Shown here in pieces: positions 61,977 through 64,000 of a stretch of 64,000 nt of DNA. Source of the DNA: Podospora anserina. Its lineage: Eukaryota. The notes beneath the pieces were generated by a model. It ran no database searches and was not told the origin of the DNA. It saw only the letters and a list, made by a program, of their open reading frames with translations. A program made the position numbers and the translations under genes. The stretch covers positions 2,790,001 through 2,854,000 of the forward strand of contig CM030333.1 in assembly GCA_017654855.1 (NCBI GenBank). The letters run 5' to 3'. Each line of letters starts with the position of its first letter. The first letter of the stretch is position 1.

Positions 61977-63946
61977 ATGACGCTACTGCTATCTTTCAAA
62001 CAACACTTCACGTACCAGCTCTTAGACTACCTAACCATACAGAGCACCATCCTTCTCCTACTTCTCGGCATATCAACCTACCAAGTTGTACACTTTCTGC
62101 GAGCAAGAAACAGACCACCACTCCCAACCAGTCCGCCTGGTGAGTTTCTTCTTGGACACTACCGGCTAGTCCCTGAAGATGCCGCTTTCAAAAAGTATGC
62201 AGAATGGTCAAAAGAGTATAGTACGTTGCCACTTTACGTTACAACCCCTCACAAAGGGATCAGTACCCGGTTGGGGTCTCTGACAGTATGCAGACAGCGA
62301 TGTGCTCTTTTTTGAGACCTTTGGGACGAAGTGGATAGTATTGAACAGCTTGGAATCGGCAACAGAGCTGCTTGAGAAGAGAGGATCAAATTATGCGGAT
62401 CGTCCGCGATTTGTGATGTTTGAGGAGTAAGTTCTGAAAACTAACCACACCTGAGTACCCCTTTTCAACACCCACCTTGATATAGAAACGCGGATACTTG
62501 GATCGAAAAGGGTTTACAGAATCAACATCGGTAATCGAGCTTTCAACTGATGGAGCCAACACACAGAATGGGCTGGTCCCCAACTCTCACATGGCTTCGC
62601 TGGGGGCCAAAATACCACCTTCACCGCAAAGTCTTACAGCCCCCTTTTGCCAAGTCCAAAGTAGGGCAGTATCAAGACTACCAGCTACGAGAGGCACTGA
62701 TATGCTGCAAAAGCATGCTCGACGACCCGGAAAACTGGGTTATAGCCGTTAGACGGTTCGCAGTGGCCATCGTTTTGAAGATATCCTACGGGCTCAACGT
62801 CGATAGCCCGGACAGCCAGTGGATTAAACTGGCGGAAGAGTCAGCCGAAGCGATAGGTAAATCAGGGCCACCGGCAAGTTCGATCATGGATCGATTTCCT
62901 CTCAGTATGCTTTTTTCCTTCACTGGCATGTTGACCGTTGATACCTACTCATCAAATTTCCAGCAAGATACCTACCAACATGGCTACCCTTCATGGAACG
63001 CCTCCGCTACGCCCGAACCTGGCGCCACGCAATAGAAGACATCACCCGCCTCCCCTTCGAAGCAGCCATGTCCTCGCCCACCTCCCCAACCAAAAGCTTT
63101 GTCCACCACCGCATGGCCATCCACAACTCCAATCTCGAACGGTCTATCCCAAACGACTTCACCATCGAAGACATCAAAGGCGCCGCCGCAACGATAGTCA
63201 TAGCAGGCAACGACACGGTATTTTCCCCTCCCGTCCTTTTCCCACCCCCTATTCTAACCTTTCCAGACCGCCGCCACATTGATGCTCCTGGTATTATACC
63301 TCCTCAAAAACCCTCACGTCCAATCCCTCGCCCATTCCGAAATCTCCTCCCTCCCCCATAATCTCCCCACTTTCTCCTCCCTCCCCTCCCTCCCCTTCAC
63401 CCACCTCCTACTCCAAGAAACCTACCGCCTAAACCCCCTCTCCCCCCTCGGAATACCCCACTCCTCCATCCAGCCGGACACCTACAAAGGAATGTACATC
63501 CCACCCAACACAATCATTTACCAAAACATCTGGGCCATGAACCACAACCCCTCCATCTACTCCGACCCCGACGACTTCATTCCCGAACGGTACCTCCCCG
63601 TTGACCAAGGCGGCCGAGGTGAGCCCCTGCCACAGGGAAATTTCGGTTTTGGGAGGAGGGTCTGTATAGGACGACATCTGGCGGAGAATAGTCTGATGAT
63701 AGTTTTGGCCACGATACTCGCGACGATGGAGATTGGCGAGCCGGAGACGGGGGAGGTGGGTGAGGAGTGGAGTTTTAGGGGGCAGGCGTACGTATTTCCT
63801 GATGTGAAAAGGTGGGATGATTGCTGACAGGAAACAGGATTGTAATGCCGTTTAGGGCTTCGTTTAGGCCGAGGTCGGACAAGATGAAAGAGTTGTTGGA
63901 TGAGGCTGTTAAAAAGTTGGATGAAGAGGAGGGGGAAGATCGTTAG
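61977..63946 (+). CDS. Cytochrome P450 (OrdA/CYP64-clan-like), 6 exons
   Basis: ELLEKRGSNYADRPRF, MGW, AGNDT|T, QETYRLNP..PLGIPH, FIPERY, FGFGRRVCIGRHLA; last exon IVMPFRASFRPRS ends at TAG 63946. Confidence 0.92.
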
Positions 63947-64000
63947 TTAGTTGGGTTATCGTGAAGGTGGTGCTCGTGGACGTGACCCAAGTATTAAAAA

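Overview
Intron-containing DNA from a filamentous ascomycete. Gene content, GT-AG introns with CTAAC/CTGAC branch points, a dispersed 5S gene and RIP-like mutations fit a Sordariales fungus such as Podospora; the organism is inferred, not proven. About 20 intact protein genes: URC4-like, secreted HD-domain protein, DUF3176, KDM5/JARID1 demethylase, SLX1, PRP9, FAL1/eIF4AIII, PTH11-like receptor, JEN1-like transporter, RING-H2, TAF6, SDH3/SdhC (absent from the ORF track), 2EXR, MUP1-like permease, AA9 LPMO, GDSL esterase, two P450s and several hypotheticals. There is also an intron-containing tRNA-Leu(AAG) and one 5S rRNA gene. Accessory patches hold three decayed genes (SRPK-like kinase, F-box/LRR, ankyrin-ZZ) and a 344-bp hAT-type non-autonomous element with 21-bp TIRs and an 8-bp TSD. 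I found no clearly new multi-gene system. The best leads are the hAT MITE, a UAG stop followed by 115 in-frame sense codons (candidate A-to-I stop-loss editing), a degenerate duplication bracketing the 5S gene, a candidate alternative 3' splice site truncating KDM5, and a recurrent C-rich to G-rich switch inside coding sequences. Family names come from motif recognition by eye, not database searches.
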